The notes under the pieces: model-generated | The model's database searches: none | Told to the model about the DNA's origin: nothing | The model's input: only the letters and a program-made list of their open reading frames with translations | NCBI GenBank assembly: GCA_965649825.1 | Contig: OZ287694.1 | Location: 1,859,197-1,923,196, forward strand | Direction of reading: 5' to 3' | Source of the DNA: Penicillus capitatus | Lineage: Eukaryota > Plantae > Chlorophyta | DNA: 64,000 bases | Shown: piece after piece, positions 34,274 to 46,300 of the stretch | Position numbering within the stretch: the stretch's first letter is position 1 | Layout: each line of letters starts with the position of its first letter | Translations under genes and position numbers: made by a program

Positions 34274-34556
34274 CGGTATCCATCGCCGCGAAGGGCCCTG
34301 CCGATGAGCGAGATGGCGCGTCGATCTCCGAGTCTATACGCTAGAGCATAAACGCCAGGTATGTTGTGACGACAGCTGCAGACCGACCGAGCACGCTGCC
34401 TTGGAGCTGGTCGTTGAGGAGGTCGTCTTTGGAGCGTTCGACAAGCCGGTCCTCGATCTACGGTTTGTACGCTTGTGAAGATACGGTCGGAGAATGGGAC
34501 CGACTGTACGTGTTTGGGTTTGAAGAGAGGGGTGGATGAGAGGGTTTGAGCGTGAC
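34274..34556 (+). pseudogene. Decayed coding-like block, duplicated at ~44297-44580
   Basis: Codon-aligned similarity (AALELVVEEVVFGAFDKP vs AAMGQVVEEVSFGTLDEP); both copies carry in-frame stops. Confidence 0.5.
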
Positions 34557-34558
34557 AG

Positions 34559-35122
34559 GTGTTGTCGGAGATTCGGAAAGCTTGTGGCGACAAAGACTCT
34601 GACGTGCGCAAGAGCGCGATGTTAGCCATCTGCAGAACCGTTGAGGCAGCACCGGACCTCTCGGACGAGTTGCTGCCAACGCTTCAGAAGGGGTTCTGCG
34701 ACAAACACTCCGACGTGCGCTCCAGTGCGATGGAGGCCTTTGGCAGTATCGCAAAATCGAGGCCGCATATCGCAGGCGAATTACTGCCGGTGCTTCAAGA
34801 AGGTTGCGTCGACGAACACTCCAACGTGCGCTGGAGGGCTAGGAAAATCCTAAACGGCATTGACGTTGATCAGATTATGCATTCGACTATCCCTCTTACT
34901 TCTGCGTATAGATGGGGCCTATTGCTAATTCTTACAAGGAATATATTTACTCTCGACTATCCTTCCAAGTCCAAAAAAGTTTCTCTTCTATCGCATAGAA
35001 TTTCTTCCGAAAGAATCGGAGTGTTCGACAGGGAAGACATTAACAATTTCCTTATGTATTTGAGAAAAGAACTCGATGAAAGGTTTTCCGGATTGTCTGA
35101 TTATCTGAAAACAAAAGATTAA
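34559..35122 (+). pseudogene. 5'-truncated NLR-like gene 3 (last ~2.5 HEAT repeats + C-terminal tail)
   Basis: CGDKDSDVRKSAMLAI... repeats and the tail DERFSGLSDYLKTKD match NLR1/2. The 3' flank shares gcttgtttggtgtg. No NACHT lies upstream. Confidence 0.85.
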
Positions 35123-37021
35123 CGCAGATGAATGGCGTTCACGTTGAAAATCTACAACTGAAATCCTATTAGGATGGTGTACTTATCGCATCTTGGTGTC
35201 ATACGTAACTTTGCTTTATTGTTGCGGCTAGTTTCCTTTTTTACTAGTCTTTGGAATAGAACGAGCATCTATCTCAGTAATCTCGATTCCGTATACTCAA
35301 ATTAATTGGGATGGCTTGTTTGGTGTGTTGCAACATGAATTACGTGCTTTAGCAGACCGATTTGTTTACTCAAAGGACTCTGCTGTTTGTTCTTATTCGT
35401 ACCGATTTTGTCGGAGTTGGCAAAATCATCTGACATTGGAAACTATCGCCGAGTTTCCGACTAAATCACCAACACATCTCAGGAATTGGAAAAGAGCGTA
35501 CGTATTCTTGTGCTTTTTGTGAACTGTGCGTCGACATTAATTTCACACTCTGACAAACCTTCGTTCAAAAAACTCAACACGATGATCGACCCATGTAATT
35601 GCTGACTCTGACGATTTCATTATGTTCGAGGACTCATTGCTCAAATTGGTCGTGCCTTGGTCACGCTTCTATCCCACCCTAATCGCCGATCATCGCGGCT
35701 GATTCCTCCACGTGTAGAATTCGTTAATCGAGTTTGCATGGTGTAGACTAGCGTTACGGTTCGTCCATTCTCGGCGACGGTCATAGAGAAACCACTACTC
35801 GAAAATCTCTCAAGGTTAATCGGTCGATGCTATCGACCCGGTGATGAAAGTATACATGTGTGCCCCCAGATGTCTTGAGGCGATCGTTACAGATCAAATT
35901 ATGAGTCCTTAAACTCCATGGCCCAGAAAGCCCGAAATGACCTGGTCCAGACGGTCTTCTGCACATGCCGTACCTTCATGCAGATCTGCCTCGTTTCATT
36001 TGCATAGAAGAAGCACGACGTGCATAGGAGAAGGGTGGACTCGACGAGACGTTCATTCGCGACACTGACAACACGAGAAACCGTGCCGTCATGCAGCTCA
36101 GAGTGTGTTGGTTCAGATAACGGCATCATAGACCGGATGGGTATATAGCTGCGCCGGCTGCCAACGGACATTTCGCGAATGTCGTGCCGGATTCTGAAGA
36201 CCAGGCAGCCCGTTGCACGAGAACAGCGGTAAATGAGACATCGAGGAGGGCGTTCTGTGTGCTGTCTGTCCATCAGCCTTCTGGACGGGGAAGTGGTTTG
36301 CTGACGCCGCATCGTTCGTCGAGGATGCGCCCGTCGCCAGAGGAACAGCTGTCATGGACAAGGCAAGAAGCGTCCATTTCCGCCTCCTCGTGACCTTGAA
36401 TGTTGCGCAGGCGACGTGTTCATTTTGACGAAGTCGATCACCTGCAACTACGGGGTTCTATTCTCGCAGAGATCTTTCACTGGTTGCCGTGGACAAAGCA
36501 AACGCGAGTCCCTCCTTTCTCGCATACGAGACATTCTCCGTTGCCGAATGTAGGTCGTAGCATAAGCGAGAAATGGAACCGAGCGACGGCATCTTCGCGC
36601 CCGGGCGGCCGACTTAAACCTTGCGAAGAAAAGGTTGCGTCCATCCCGCTTATGCAGTGACCGTACAAAGCGGTGGACTGCGTTTCATCTCTCAGAGAGA
36701 CAGCCTCGCTGCGTGCTGTGAAGCACCCTCCAAGGCAGTCACATCGTGTCGAATGCGTGCACGAGAATCATCAGCAAGTTTTTCATGCAACGCCAGCTGT
36801 CGAGTGGCAGGCAATGGATACGATCGAGTTGGACAATGTGTTCGTCAGCAAACGAGGCAGTGCCGAATCCGGACACGTCGCTTCGAGTTTGCTGTCTGGA
36901 TTGAGAACGTGAATTCCAGCTGCATGGTATAAATTCGACCATACCTCCGGACCACTGCCATTTCCCTTTACGCGCTGTACCATCTATCTCTTCGAGGTTC
37001 TTTTCACTCCGTTTAAACATC

Positions 37022-37510
37022 ATGACTGCCAAAGCGGCTGTGTTCGTCGTCGTCGTCGCTCTTCTCTGCCTCCACGCCGCAAGATTCCTTCCTTCGCAGC
37101 ATCCCTCGATGGTGACTGCCTGGTGTTCTCGCAGGCGTATGCTTACCGCCTTACCACAGAGTCGGTCGTCGACGAGAACGGACGCGTCGTCGGCAAACTG
37201 TTCTTGACAGAAAGGCTCGCCAATGAAGATGGTATGGCTGTGTGGCAAAATCATTTGTTCACGGTAGCTGTGGAGGAACATTTCGGGATGAAACATACAC
37301 AGGTACTCCTGAAATCATCACGACGGAAAAAGATTGGGAGGAATGCGAAACTCATATGTGCACAAAAGGTTCGTTACCGGATGCATTCGGCGAGTGTCGA
37401 ATAGAGATGGCTGTATCTAGGCTATGAAGCATGGGACTATTACGAGAAGGATCTTCGATGCAGGGGGTTCACTTACGTGCCTTCCTACATTGACGAAGCT
37501 GGTTGGGTGA
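37022..37510 (+). CDS. Possible small secreted Cys-containing protein, multi-exon (structure unresolved)
   Basis: Signal-peptide-like MTAKAAVFVVVVALLCLHA; candidate GC-AG intron 37079-37134 restores frame to AYAYRLTTES; a downstream frame reads CRGFTYVPS. Later exons could not be joined reliably. Confidence 0.3.
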
Positions 37511-38084
37511 GCGGCGTATGCTGGACACCCTCAGCCTAACAAGCGACAAGCCGATCGCATTCTCCCCTGCATAAGTTCTAGGGATTTTGCATGACTCTCT
37601 AGATCCATTCATTTGACTGACAGTGTTCGATTTAATGAACATCTTCAGCCGTTATTGAAGTCTCTCTCACGATGCGCGTCTGCGCCGGCGAACATGTAAA
37701 GTGAACGAAGATGTCTTTGTGGCCATGATCGCCACTAGACGGTTTACCGTCTGCCATTTGTAAAACGGCAATGGCTGGCTCTGCATTTCTTCTAAGGCCG
37801 TCTATTGCTCCTTGCAGAACAACAAATGCGAACACGCCACTCTCGGCAAAGGAACACAGGATCATCTTTTTTGCTAAACTTTTGCTCTTATCTGCGTGTT
37901 CTCTGTGTCCTTGGTTATGGTGCAGTGCAATGGAACCCAGACATTCCAACTCAGAATGTTAATTCGCAAGGGAGATACGCAGGACTCGCGAAGAAGGACG
38001 GACTATGGCGTTGCCGAAGCCTGTCCAGCAGACAAAACTATGGGTACTCAGTCGACTTCAAGAATCCTGTTCAACGTGAGCCGC

Positions 38085-38620
38085 AGAAGGCTTGGATGCT
38101 GCGCTCTTACACAGTTCTGACCGAGACGTGCGGTTCTCGCAATCGCTGACATATCTAGCAGACTTTCTCTCCAGGCACTTGTCGAAAGATGCTACAAGAT
38201 GGAGACATGTTTACATGCAAGCGTCGACAGGTTGCAGACAAGGCAAACTTCTGAAGGATGACAAAGGAAACAGATAAGCTTCAAACGATTGGATGCGGTA
38301 GGGCATTAGGAAAGAACACTGGATGGTGACCATCTGTTTAGGTTATCGTGTACATCTCAGGCGGCGCCTCCTCAGCCACTCCTTCAGCACCTTCTGAAAT
38401 GCACCTGAGATAACCCGTAAACATAGCCAACGTCTTACCTAGTCAAATTGACATCTGCAGGACTCAAAGGCCTATCTCTGCACGCATGGGATACCTTCCC
38501 GTGGACCGTTTTCCTCCAACCGAAGCACACAAACGCATCATCATAGGCGAGATCTACCAGCTCGTCTGGGCCATGACATGTGGTTCATGACAGAACCTAC
38601 AGAACTCGTTTTGACGGTCA
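38085..38620 (-). pseudogene. Relic of the fascin/beta-PFT-like gene 3' end and its 3' flank
   Basis: gatgctgcgctcttacacagttctga and ctgtttaggt.atcg.gtacat match 22615-22930; stops and indels in the coding part. Confidence 0.6.
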
Positions 38621-39261
38621 AAGTGAGTGCGAGTGTCCGTGACGAACGAGGGCAGTGCTCGTTAAGGAAAATTTTATTCGAAAACGTATCTCATCGAAAA
38701 TGATTTCTTGATTACAATCAAATCACGTGTCCGCCGAGCTGCGACCGTTTCTAAGCGATATCGGCAACCAGGTTGCTGCTTTTGCCGCCATTCTTTTCGC
38801 CATGGAAACAGTGTGTACCTCTGTCAGCAAAACCACACGATCGCTCCGATTTCTCCTCCTTGTTTGGGAGCTCTGTGCAGGAAAACGATTCGGACGTGAC
38901 GATTGACCATTCTTCCTACTTAAATGGCATCTTCCGCAAAACGTTGCTTTTTGACAGGCGTTCGTCTTTAAGCTCATACATAGGTCTGCTCGAACAAACG
39001 ACGTCGTACGTTCGATTCTCTCTTCGGTCGCTAGCGCAACTAAGATCCTTACCTCGAGGTTCCAAACAATGCTCCAAAGTCGAATCGCATTCTTATGTCT
39101 GGTAAAACGACTTCGCCGAGAGAGTGCTGCTGTTCAGCGTGCATTTTCCGCAGGCCGTGTGTTGTTTCCACGGCGTTCTTTCATCTCACACAGGTCTTTT
39201 CCTTGAGGCGAAGGAATCAATGCGCAAAGGTTGTGTGTACTAAGGTGAAGATGGAAGAAAA

Positions 39262-39792
39262 ATGAGAAGAAACGTGAATGAGCTTCTTGAAGATGGGCGG
39301 TCCCTCAAGGAGATGGAAACGACGCATCAGCGTTCAGTGCTGCAGAGTGAGGGACTTCTGCCTGAGATGACAGCTGCCAACTCCCTTAACAATGTCGAAG
39401 GGTCTGTGAAGACAAGCGAGAGTGAGGGCAACTCCAAAACGGAGATACCAGTACTTACGGCAGAATCCGTGAGTGAGGATGATATCACAGCAGGTGTGGT
39501 TGGAAGAGCGAAATCTGGTCGTTCGCTTCAAAAATCCTCGGCCGCACCTGCGACGGCGACTCCCGGTCATAGAAAACCAAAGCAGCAAGTTCCATTTCCC
39601 GCTCCTCATCAGAATACAATGGAGGCGTTTTCGATAGACCATAATGGAGAGTCCTTCGTCATCTCAACCAAAAAAAATCGTGAAACTCCCTTGAAGATGG
39701 CGGCGGACTCAGGGGTTTGGCAGAGAACCATAAGCAGTTGGATAGAAAACAATGGTTTAGAAGCACATCTGTTTCTTACTATATGGAACTAG
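39262..39792 (+). CDS. Hypothetical exon, low-complexity, ending in an ankyrin-like start (ETPLKMAADSG)
   Basis: 176-aa ORF; TPLxxAAxxG resembles the ankyrin consensus; no continuation identified. Confidence 0.3.
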   Translation: MRRNVNELLEDGRSLKEMETTHQRSVLQSEGLLPEMTAANSLNNVEGSVKTSESEGNSKTEIPVLTAESVSEDDITAGVVGRAKSGRSLQKSSAAPATATPGHRKPKQQVPFPAPHQNTMEAFSIDHNGESFVISTKKNRETPLKMAADSGVWQRTISSWIENNGLEAHLFLTIWN

Positions 39793-40758
39793 TTGTCAGC
39801 AGGTATCATCATGAACAAGGCTCGTATGTAATGTTCAAGCTGTGTTTGTGTTTTTCGCGTTTTTTTGTCATTCGAGGTGAAGCAGAACTCTAAATGTCCA
39901 CGTCAGCCAAAGAGCAACATGAATATCCGAAAACCACCAAGGGATCTCTGATGTTGGTGGAATTCCTCCAGACGTAACCTCCGTTAGATTTCATGATGTT
40001 CATTCAACGAAAAGAAGAGTGCGCGGTGTGACGCTTTCAGGGCAGCAGGACACCGGATCTAACACCTAATAATGACTCTGAATGATGCTCGTTTGGAAGA
40101 CAGCAGACAATGCAAGCCATCTGCAGGGGGCTACGCCAAAGTATGACAGACAGGTTTCAATGGACCCAGCCTAGGTACAGGACCGAAACGCGATGTGTTT
40201 AGTTAATTACCTTGGCCTCGTGCACGCACATAGTCCTTGGGAAGTCAGCAGTCCATCAGACCGACTACGAACCAATGCCTCGTGGCAAAACCGACGCAAG
40301 AAAGCCACGGACCACGGCTCTAAAAGAAGAAAACCATGCAAAACACCCAAAGCGTGTTTGCAATGGCAACGAAAAACAATAAAGAAAAAACAATGAACGC
40401 GCGTCGAGCCATGGTGATCGCGGAACTCTGGGTCGGCACGCCGCAGTCAAGCAAGGAACTTGGCCCACTGCAACCCTCATCATTCATTCCCCTACCATTA
40501 TCGCCCCACGCTCTCCACTCATCGCCCTCCTTGGTCGTCGTGCTTTGGCCTCACAGCATACTCGATATCCGTTTTCTCTCCGTTATCACACATCGCCGAT
40601 AAACGCATCAGATCGCCAACTCCCTATCCTTCCACGTCGACCCATGACGTTATCTTCTTTCCTCGCCTGCCCATCTCGACATCGTTCCGCCATCAACACG
40701 AATACTCCCGAAACGACCTCCGACGAAACCTAATCTGCAGGCCAGACCGCCTAAACCA

Positions 40759-41839
40759 TCATCTGTCTTTTTGACTTCTTCCGCGGGCCTTTAAGCGAAC
40801 TCCCCGCGCCGTCGTCGCCCTTCCGTTTTGCGTCATTTTTTAACCTCTCCAACCGTTTTCTTCTCGCACCCGCGCACTCCGAAGATTGTAGCGGCGCTTT
40901 GCCTCCCTCGCAAAAGATCTGCTTGCAGATGTGTCGGCGGCAGCAAAAAGAGAGTTAGAGGCCGCCGAGAGTATTTCCGTCTCCGTAAAGGAGGCAACTG
41001 CGTGCATTGATTGTAAGTTATCTCTCATTAGACGACTGATAAAGTCCCGCGAACAGTGTCGCCCTTGTCAAATCTTCCTCATACGACAATTCCCGATTGG
41101 GGCGTTTAGAACCGCGGCCCTCGGACTCCCTCCCGTTTCCGTGACAACATCTCCGTCTTCGTCCGGCACCACATCCGAGTCGGGCTAGTTCACATCGTCG
41201 GGAAGGACGAATTCCATTTGGAGTTCTTCCACCTCCAAACCCGCGAAGTGGTCGTCCTCCAACGTGGCTTCGTTGACCACGAATTGTATGATGTCCCTGG
41301 CCAATGCGTTTTGCCGTTGGCGAACCTCTATCGCCGGGGCGGTGAGTTGCGACCGTAGTCGTCTCACGAACATCGCGACCCTGAAGTGTGCAAAATCGTC
41401 GAGGTGCACGCCACGTTGAACCGCCAAAGCGTTTCCCAGAACGCTTGACAACGGATTTATCTGCGAAATCGTAGTCGAGAAGCTCAATCAGTGCGTCCAC
41501 GTTTTGGAGAAATTCCCCGTGATACTCGACGACACCATTGACGAGACAAAGTCGGAGGTTCGTGACTTTGACCACATCTGAATCCATTCGACTTCGAGAG
41601 AGCTTCGTCGACCACACAATTCTGATGGGCGAACGCATCGAAAGTCTGACACGTTTGAAGACCTCATTCGATCCATGAAACGCTTTGTTGTCGGCCTCTG
41701 CTCCACACATAACTCTCTCTGACTCCTTTCTTACGTAATGCACAGCGGCCCGGAAAAAAATATCACACCGGTCCCGCCACATGAACCGGCTCGACAGTTC
41801 GGCCGGATTGGAGTCGGCGTTTTCTTCAGGTGCGGCCAT
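40759..41839 (-). pseudogene. Degenerate paralog of the 31088-32041 orphan gene
   Basis: VLGNALA...FRVAMFVRRLRSQLTAP..EVRQRQN matches the paralog. TAG at 41185 replaces CAG and frames shift. The KRRYNLR tail is retained, and the downstream ~550 bp also aligns with 30490-31085. Confidence 0.7.
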
Positions 41840-41847
41840 TGAGCAGA

Positions 41848-42276
41848 TCAGAATCGGGCAGAAGTCAAAGCGAATGGAGCAGAAGCCGAAGCGAATTCAT
41901 CCGCGTTCCTGATGAAACGCTGAACTGCTAACCGCTGCACCACGGAGGCGTTCTCTGATTCCATGCTGTCGCGCTTTCCTCTTATGCAGAGGATATCTCT
42001 TAACGCGATCGAGTTGACGCAGCACAGCCAGTGTCGGGTCCCGAGTCCCATTGCGCGGTCAAGGGCGTCGTCGGCTTGTTGGAAGGAATCGACCACGATC
42101 GCGTAGTCGTCTCTGTCGTTGACACGCTTCGTTTCGATTTGGTGGTCGACGGAGAGTGTCAATGACCAGAAACGCCGTTCGATTTTCGAGGCTTCTGGAT
42201 CTTCTGCGAAGAAATTGGGAAAAGTGCGAGCACATGTATGAGAAGGGCACGCGGAGCACGTAGAGTTAAACTTCAT
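41848..42276 (-). CDS. Hypothetical protein
   Basis: 142-codon frame of protein-like composition ending 8 nt before the next ATG; no family recognised; start uncertain. Confidence 0.3.
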   Translation of the reverse strand: MKFNSTCSACPSHTCARTFPNFFAEDPEASKIERRFWSLTLSVDHQIETKRVNDRDDYAIVVDSFQQADDALDRAMGLGTRHWLCCVNSIALRDILCIRGKRDSMESENASVVQRLAVQRFIRNADEFASASAPFALTSARF

Positions 42277-42412
42277 TGGTTTTTAAGTTCATCGCCGATA
42301 CACCAACGGGGACTATGCACCCACTCAAAGGAATGCTTACCGTAATCGCACACGTTTCCCATCGCAGGCCATCGTCCACTGTTTGCTGCTCAAGGGCAGT
42401 CTTCCTACGCTA

Positions 42413-43372
42413 ATGAATGTGAGCGATAGTTTCTCTGAAAAGCAGGCCACGGAAGACACTCTCTTGAAACAGCTAAAGCAACGGGGACAGAGGCTTGTGT
42501 GGCAAACCCATTTCGGACGTCTGTGATGCACCCGAGTCGTTTTCTAGGCTTCCCTCGGGGACGACACGTGGGATGCGCTCTTCCATGACGTGCTGGACGT
42601 CTCAATACCTTACGCTTCCTTCATCATCGAAGATCTGCACACCGTCACCAACGCTGTCCGCACGGTCTGCGTTCTGCAAGGGGTTGGGAGATCCGTGTCT
42701 GGGAGGCTTCTGTGGACAGGAATTCTATCCGCCCCTGCCGAACAGATCAGATTTGTGGAATTTTGGGGCTGGACATCACGTTGGACTCGATCACGCCGGG
42801 CACATGTTTTATTGTCGAGAGTCCAGGGGTCGCAGAAAACTCGATCAGATGGACACCGAGATCTCAGGCTTTCTGATCCAGCTCATCGATCACCCACATC
42901 TCGGCCATGAGAAGACGCTTCTCCTCCGGTTTGGCGATCGTGGAATGACACTGGATGGGGACACATGGAAGTGGAAGTCGGGAAGAAGCCGAGTCGGTGC
43001 TACCGGCCGTCGACGTTGCGAGACTCGAAGACGAAATGCGTCCTCGCGAACGACATCTCTGCCGTCCAGCTGTGTCGAGCATCTGCGGATCGCGAGATGG
43101 AACAGATCGACCTGCCGCCAACGTTGGCTCTCTTATTGGACGTTCCTGTCCCGTACGGAAGCGCCAGTAAACCATCTCTCCAACTCCTGAATCTGGGACG
43201 GCGAGCAGACGATCCCCGTGATCTGCTATCCTTCCTTCGGATAAATGCTTGGCAGGTGGATCATTACTTTAACGCATGTGCCAAGGCTGCCAAGGGGTCC
43301 TTTCCGAAACGTATTCGGGAATTCAACGATCTCTGTGCGCAAGCTGTCGGACAGACGGACAGCGCAACGTAG
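42413..43372 (+). CDS. Hypothetical multi-exon gene
   Basis: Protein-like segments in ORFs 42590, 42495 and 42965 with plausible short introns; no family recognised. Confidence 0.3.
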
Positions 43373-46300
43373 GATGGGATTTCAGAGTGACGGATCTCTC
43401 TTCGATCCATCCATTGCAGGCTGTATGTGGAGTACCTGGATGCTACTGTTGCCTTCTCTCGAACGCAGTACACACAGTTCGATTGCGTTTCCAGTCTGTT
43501 TGGAGTAGCCCTGTTCACTACGGCACTCTGTGTCCAGACAAAGGACATCAGGCGAGGCATCGAGTATCTGTTTCTCACACTCAGACTCCGTCTCGGCGGT
43601 TGTGGAGGGGAGCATCCAGAGCAGCTCACACCCTTGTCACTCTATTGTTGCTGCATGGCTTCACCTACTCTTGAATAGGTTCATCACAGGAGGGTCGCGT
43701 CGCCGGTGCAGTTGTGCCTTGTGATGATTTGCGTGCATTGAACGACAGTGGATCTGTAGGAATGTTGCAGAGGATTCCCTGTCGTACAGCAAAAATCGCT
43801 GATTTACTTGAATGGCAAATTAAACAGTCGTCTCCGTACATTGATGGTCGACACATCCGCCGTGACAACTTGTGCAGGCCCTTGTCAGCAACCATACATT
43901 AGGTGAAGAGTGGCCTATACTCGTTCGCGGCCGTGAAACATGTGCCCATCGCGTATCCTTACTTTGGACACTCATCATAAGGTGCATCACGTCGGAGAGG
44001 AGGTATCTGTCGACGGCGATTGTGTACAGAAGACCATTTCCTTCGTCTTTCATTTCGGATTCGGTGATCACCAGAGTGACGTGTCAGGCGCCAGATATCA
44101 TGAGTATTAGTAGCTGTCGTGCAGTGGACAATAGAGACCAAGCTATCGCTTCATGCGGAGAAGGAAGCACTGTCCAACGTCGCCAAAAAAAACAGAAGAT
44201 CTTAACAATGCTGAAGACACGAAGGAATGAGAGAAACAACAAACGAAGGTGCGTTTGGCTTTATATCCTCTCGCAACCCGTCCTCCAACGTCACATCGCG
44301 GTATATATCGCTGTGAAGGGCCTTGCCGATTAGCGAGATGACGGAGTGATCTCCTTCGAGTCTAAACGCCAGAGCATAAACGGCAGGTGTGTTGTGACGA
44401 CAGCTGTAGACCGACAGACCGCGCTGCCATGGGGCAGGTCGTTGAGGAGGTCAGCTTCGGAACGCTTGACGAGCCAGACTTCGATCTATGGCGTGTACGC
44501 TCGTAGAAATACGGAAGGCAAATGGGACGACTGTGCGTGTTGTGGTTTGAAGTGTGGGGTGGATGATAGGATCGGTGAGTCGAAGGTATTGTTGGTAAGC
44601 GATCTACTGGACGCCTGTCGCGTCAATAAGCACAGAGGAGCCTGTTGGAATGCTGGGAGAAGACGATGGGTGCCGAGAAACGCCTCGACAGAACGCCGCA
44701 TGGCGTCGACACAGGCGTGTCACATCAACGCGTCCGTTGTCGACTGGAAGGTGACGCTTCGGCGAACAAGGCGTCAACGTCTCGACGATAGCATGGATTC
44801 AACGTTCTGTACGAAAGGGATCGAATGAGAGACGTCGCGTGGCTTCTGGCATTTCGCCAAACCAAGTGTTAAGGTTTGGCGGCAATTACTCTACGACCAC
44901 TCGCTCTTCTTCACACCTTCTGTGTTTGCAGGATACTCTCAGTTAGTATAGTGGACTGAGTCTCCATCTCCTCCCGAGTCATTCTTGCCATCAACGGCTG
45001 CGGTGCAGGCCATGTAAGAGATTCTCTGGAAGACGCTGACCATCGTCGCAGCTTCAACGATACTCTATCTGTTATGTGTTGTTGTAGACGGCGTCAGTCT
45101 GGACAGCATCTAGTGTGAGGCGTCTCATATCTGTTTGCTGCACCAAGTATTGCAAGGCAAGACAAGACAAGACCGTGACTTGTCGACGTACGGCACGTAG
45201 CGACAACGAGAAATATACTCCGTCAAGAGTCCCCTTCCTAACAGACTCAGTCGTGGTGCAAAAAGAAGATTCGTTCGCTCTCTTCTCGGATGTAGAATTA
45301 ATTGTCAATCGGCAATCTATTGCACGAAGACACGTTCGATCTCCGCTCCGCGAAATTGTACCATTAGCCTCATGCTTTTCATTGTCCACTTCTATCATTG
45401 ACCAAGACAACTGAAGATGAATACGAACGAAGCATACGTATCTGTTCGTAAGTATACAACATTAGAAAGGTCTAGCACCGTTTTGTTTCTGACAGTTGCA
45501 TACGGCGAGTTAAGATGAATCAGTCCGTTTCAAAACCGACACGTTCGAACGTACTGACCAATCTAGTAATAACAGTCCGCGAAGCTAAAGGTATAGAAGA
45601 AGACACGCTCACCCCGCGCGGACATCGCCTTCACGCCACATGGAGGGTGTTTTGTCGTGGAGATCGAAGAAGTCCACAGGCGATACTTGAGGCCTAGAGT
45701 TGTCAATCTCCACTCAAGTTTTTGAATACAGTACAGCTCACATATCCACCAGTTAAACCAGTGTTCGATTCCTTTTTTGATAGGCAGTCGCTGTTTAAGC
45801 CAAATGCGATCGGTTCACATCCACATCGAAAATTCTGGAAAAATGGACAAACGATGGCAAAGAGCAACGATAAAACACATCGCGTTTGAAGCCGACCATA
45901 CTGCCTACCTTCACGGCAGATTTTCTGAAACATGCACGTCATGATTGCAAGACAGACAATCAATTAACGACGGCAATGCAATGGAAGTAGAATCCTTTGG
46001 GATGCTCTTTTTATACTCCTAGATGACAGACCACGAAATATGAAACAGGAACATCTAAGGACCTGCTGCTCAACTTCTGGTCTTGTGTAACTTCCCATGT
46101 CTTTCATGAATACTTCTTGTTCTTCTAAGGCCCTTCGTTTAGTGAATCACCTTCTTCTCAGCTACCTAGGGTTGTCATCGTCGCTATGCTCAACTAAAAT
46201 CTTGTCAGTCTTGTTCCCGCAAGACCGATCTCCAGCGTCTAATAGAAATAAATGACGATCATTCTCTCTACTGATTCATTGTCTACATAGCGCTCGTCTT

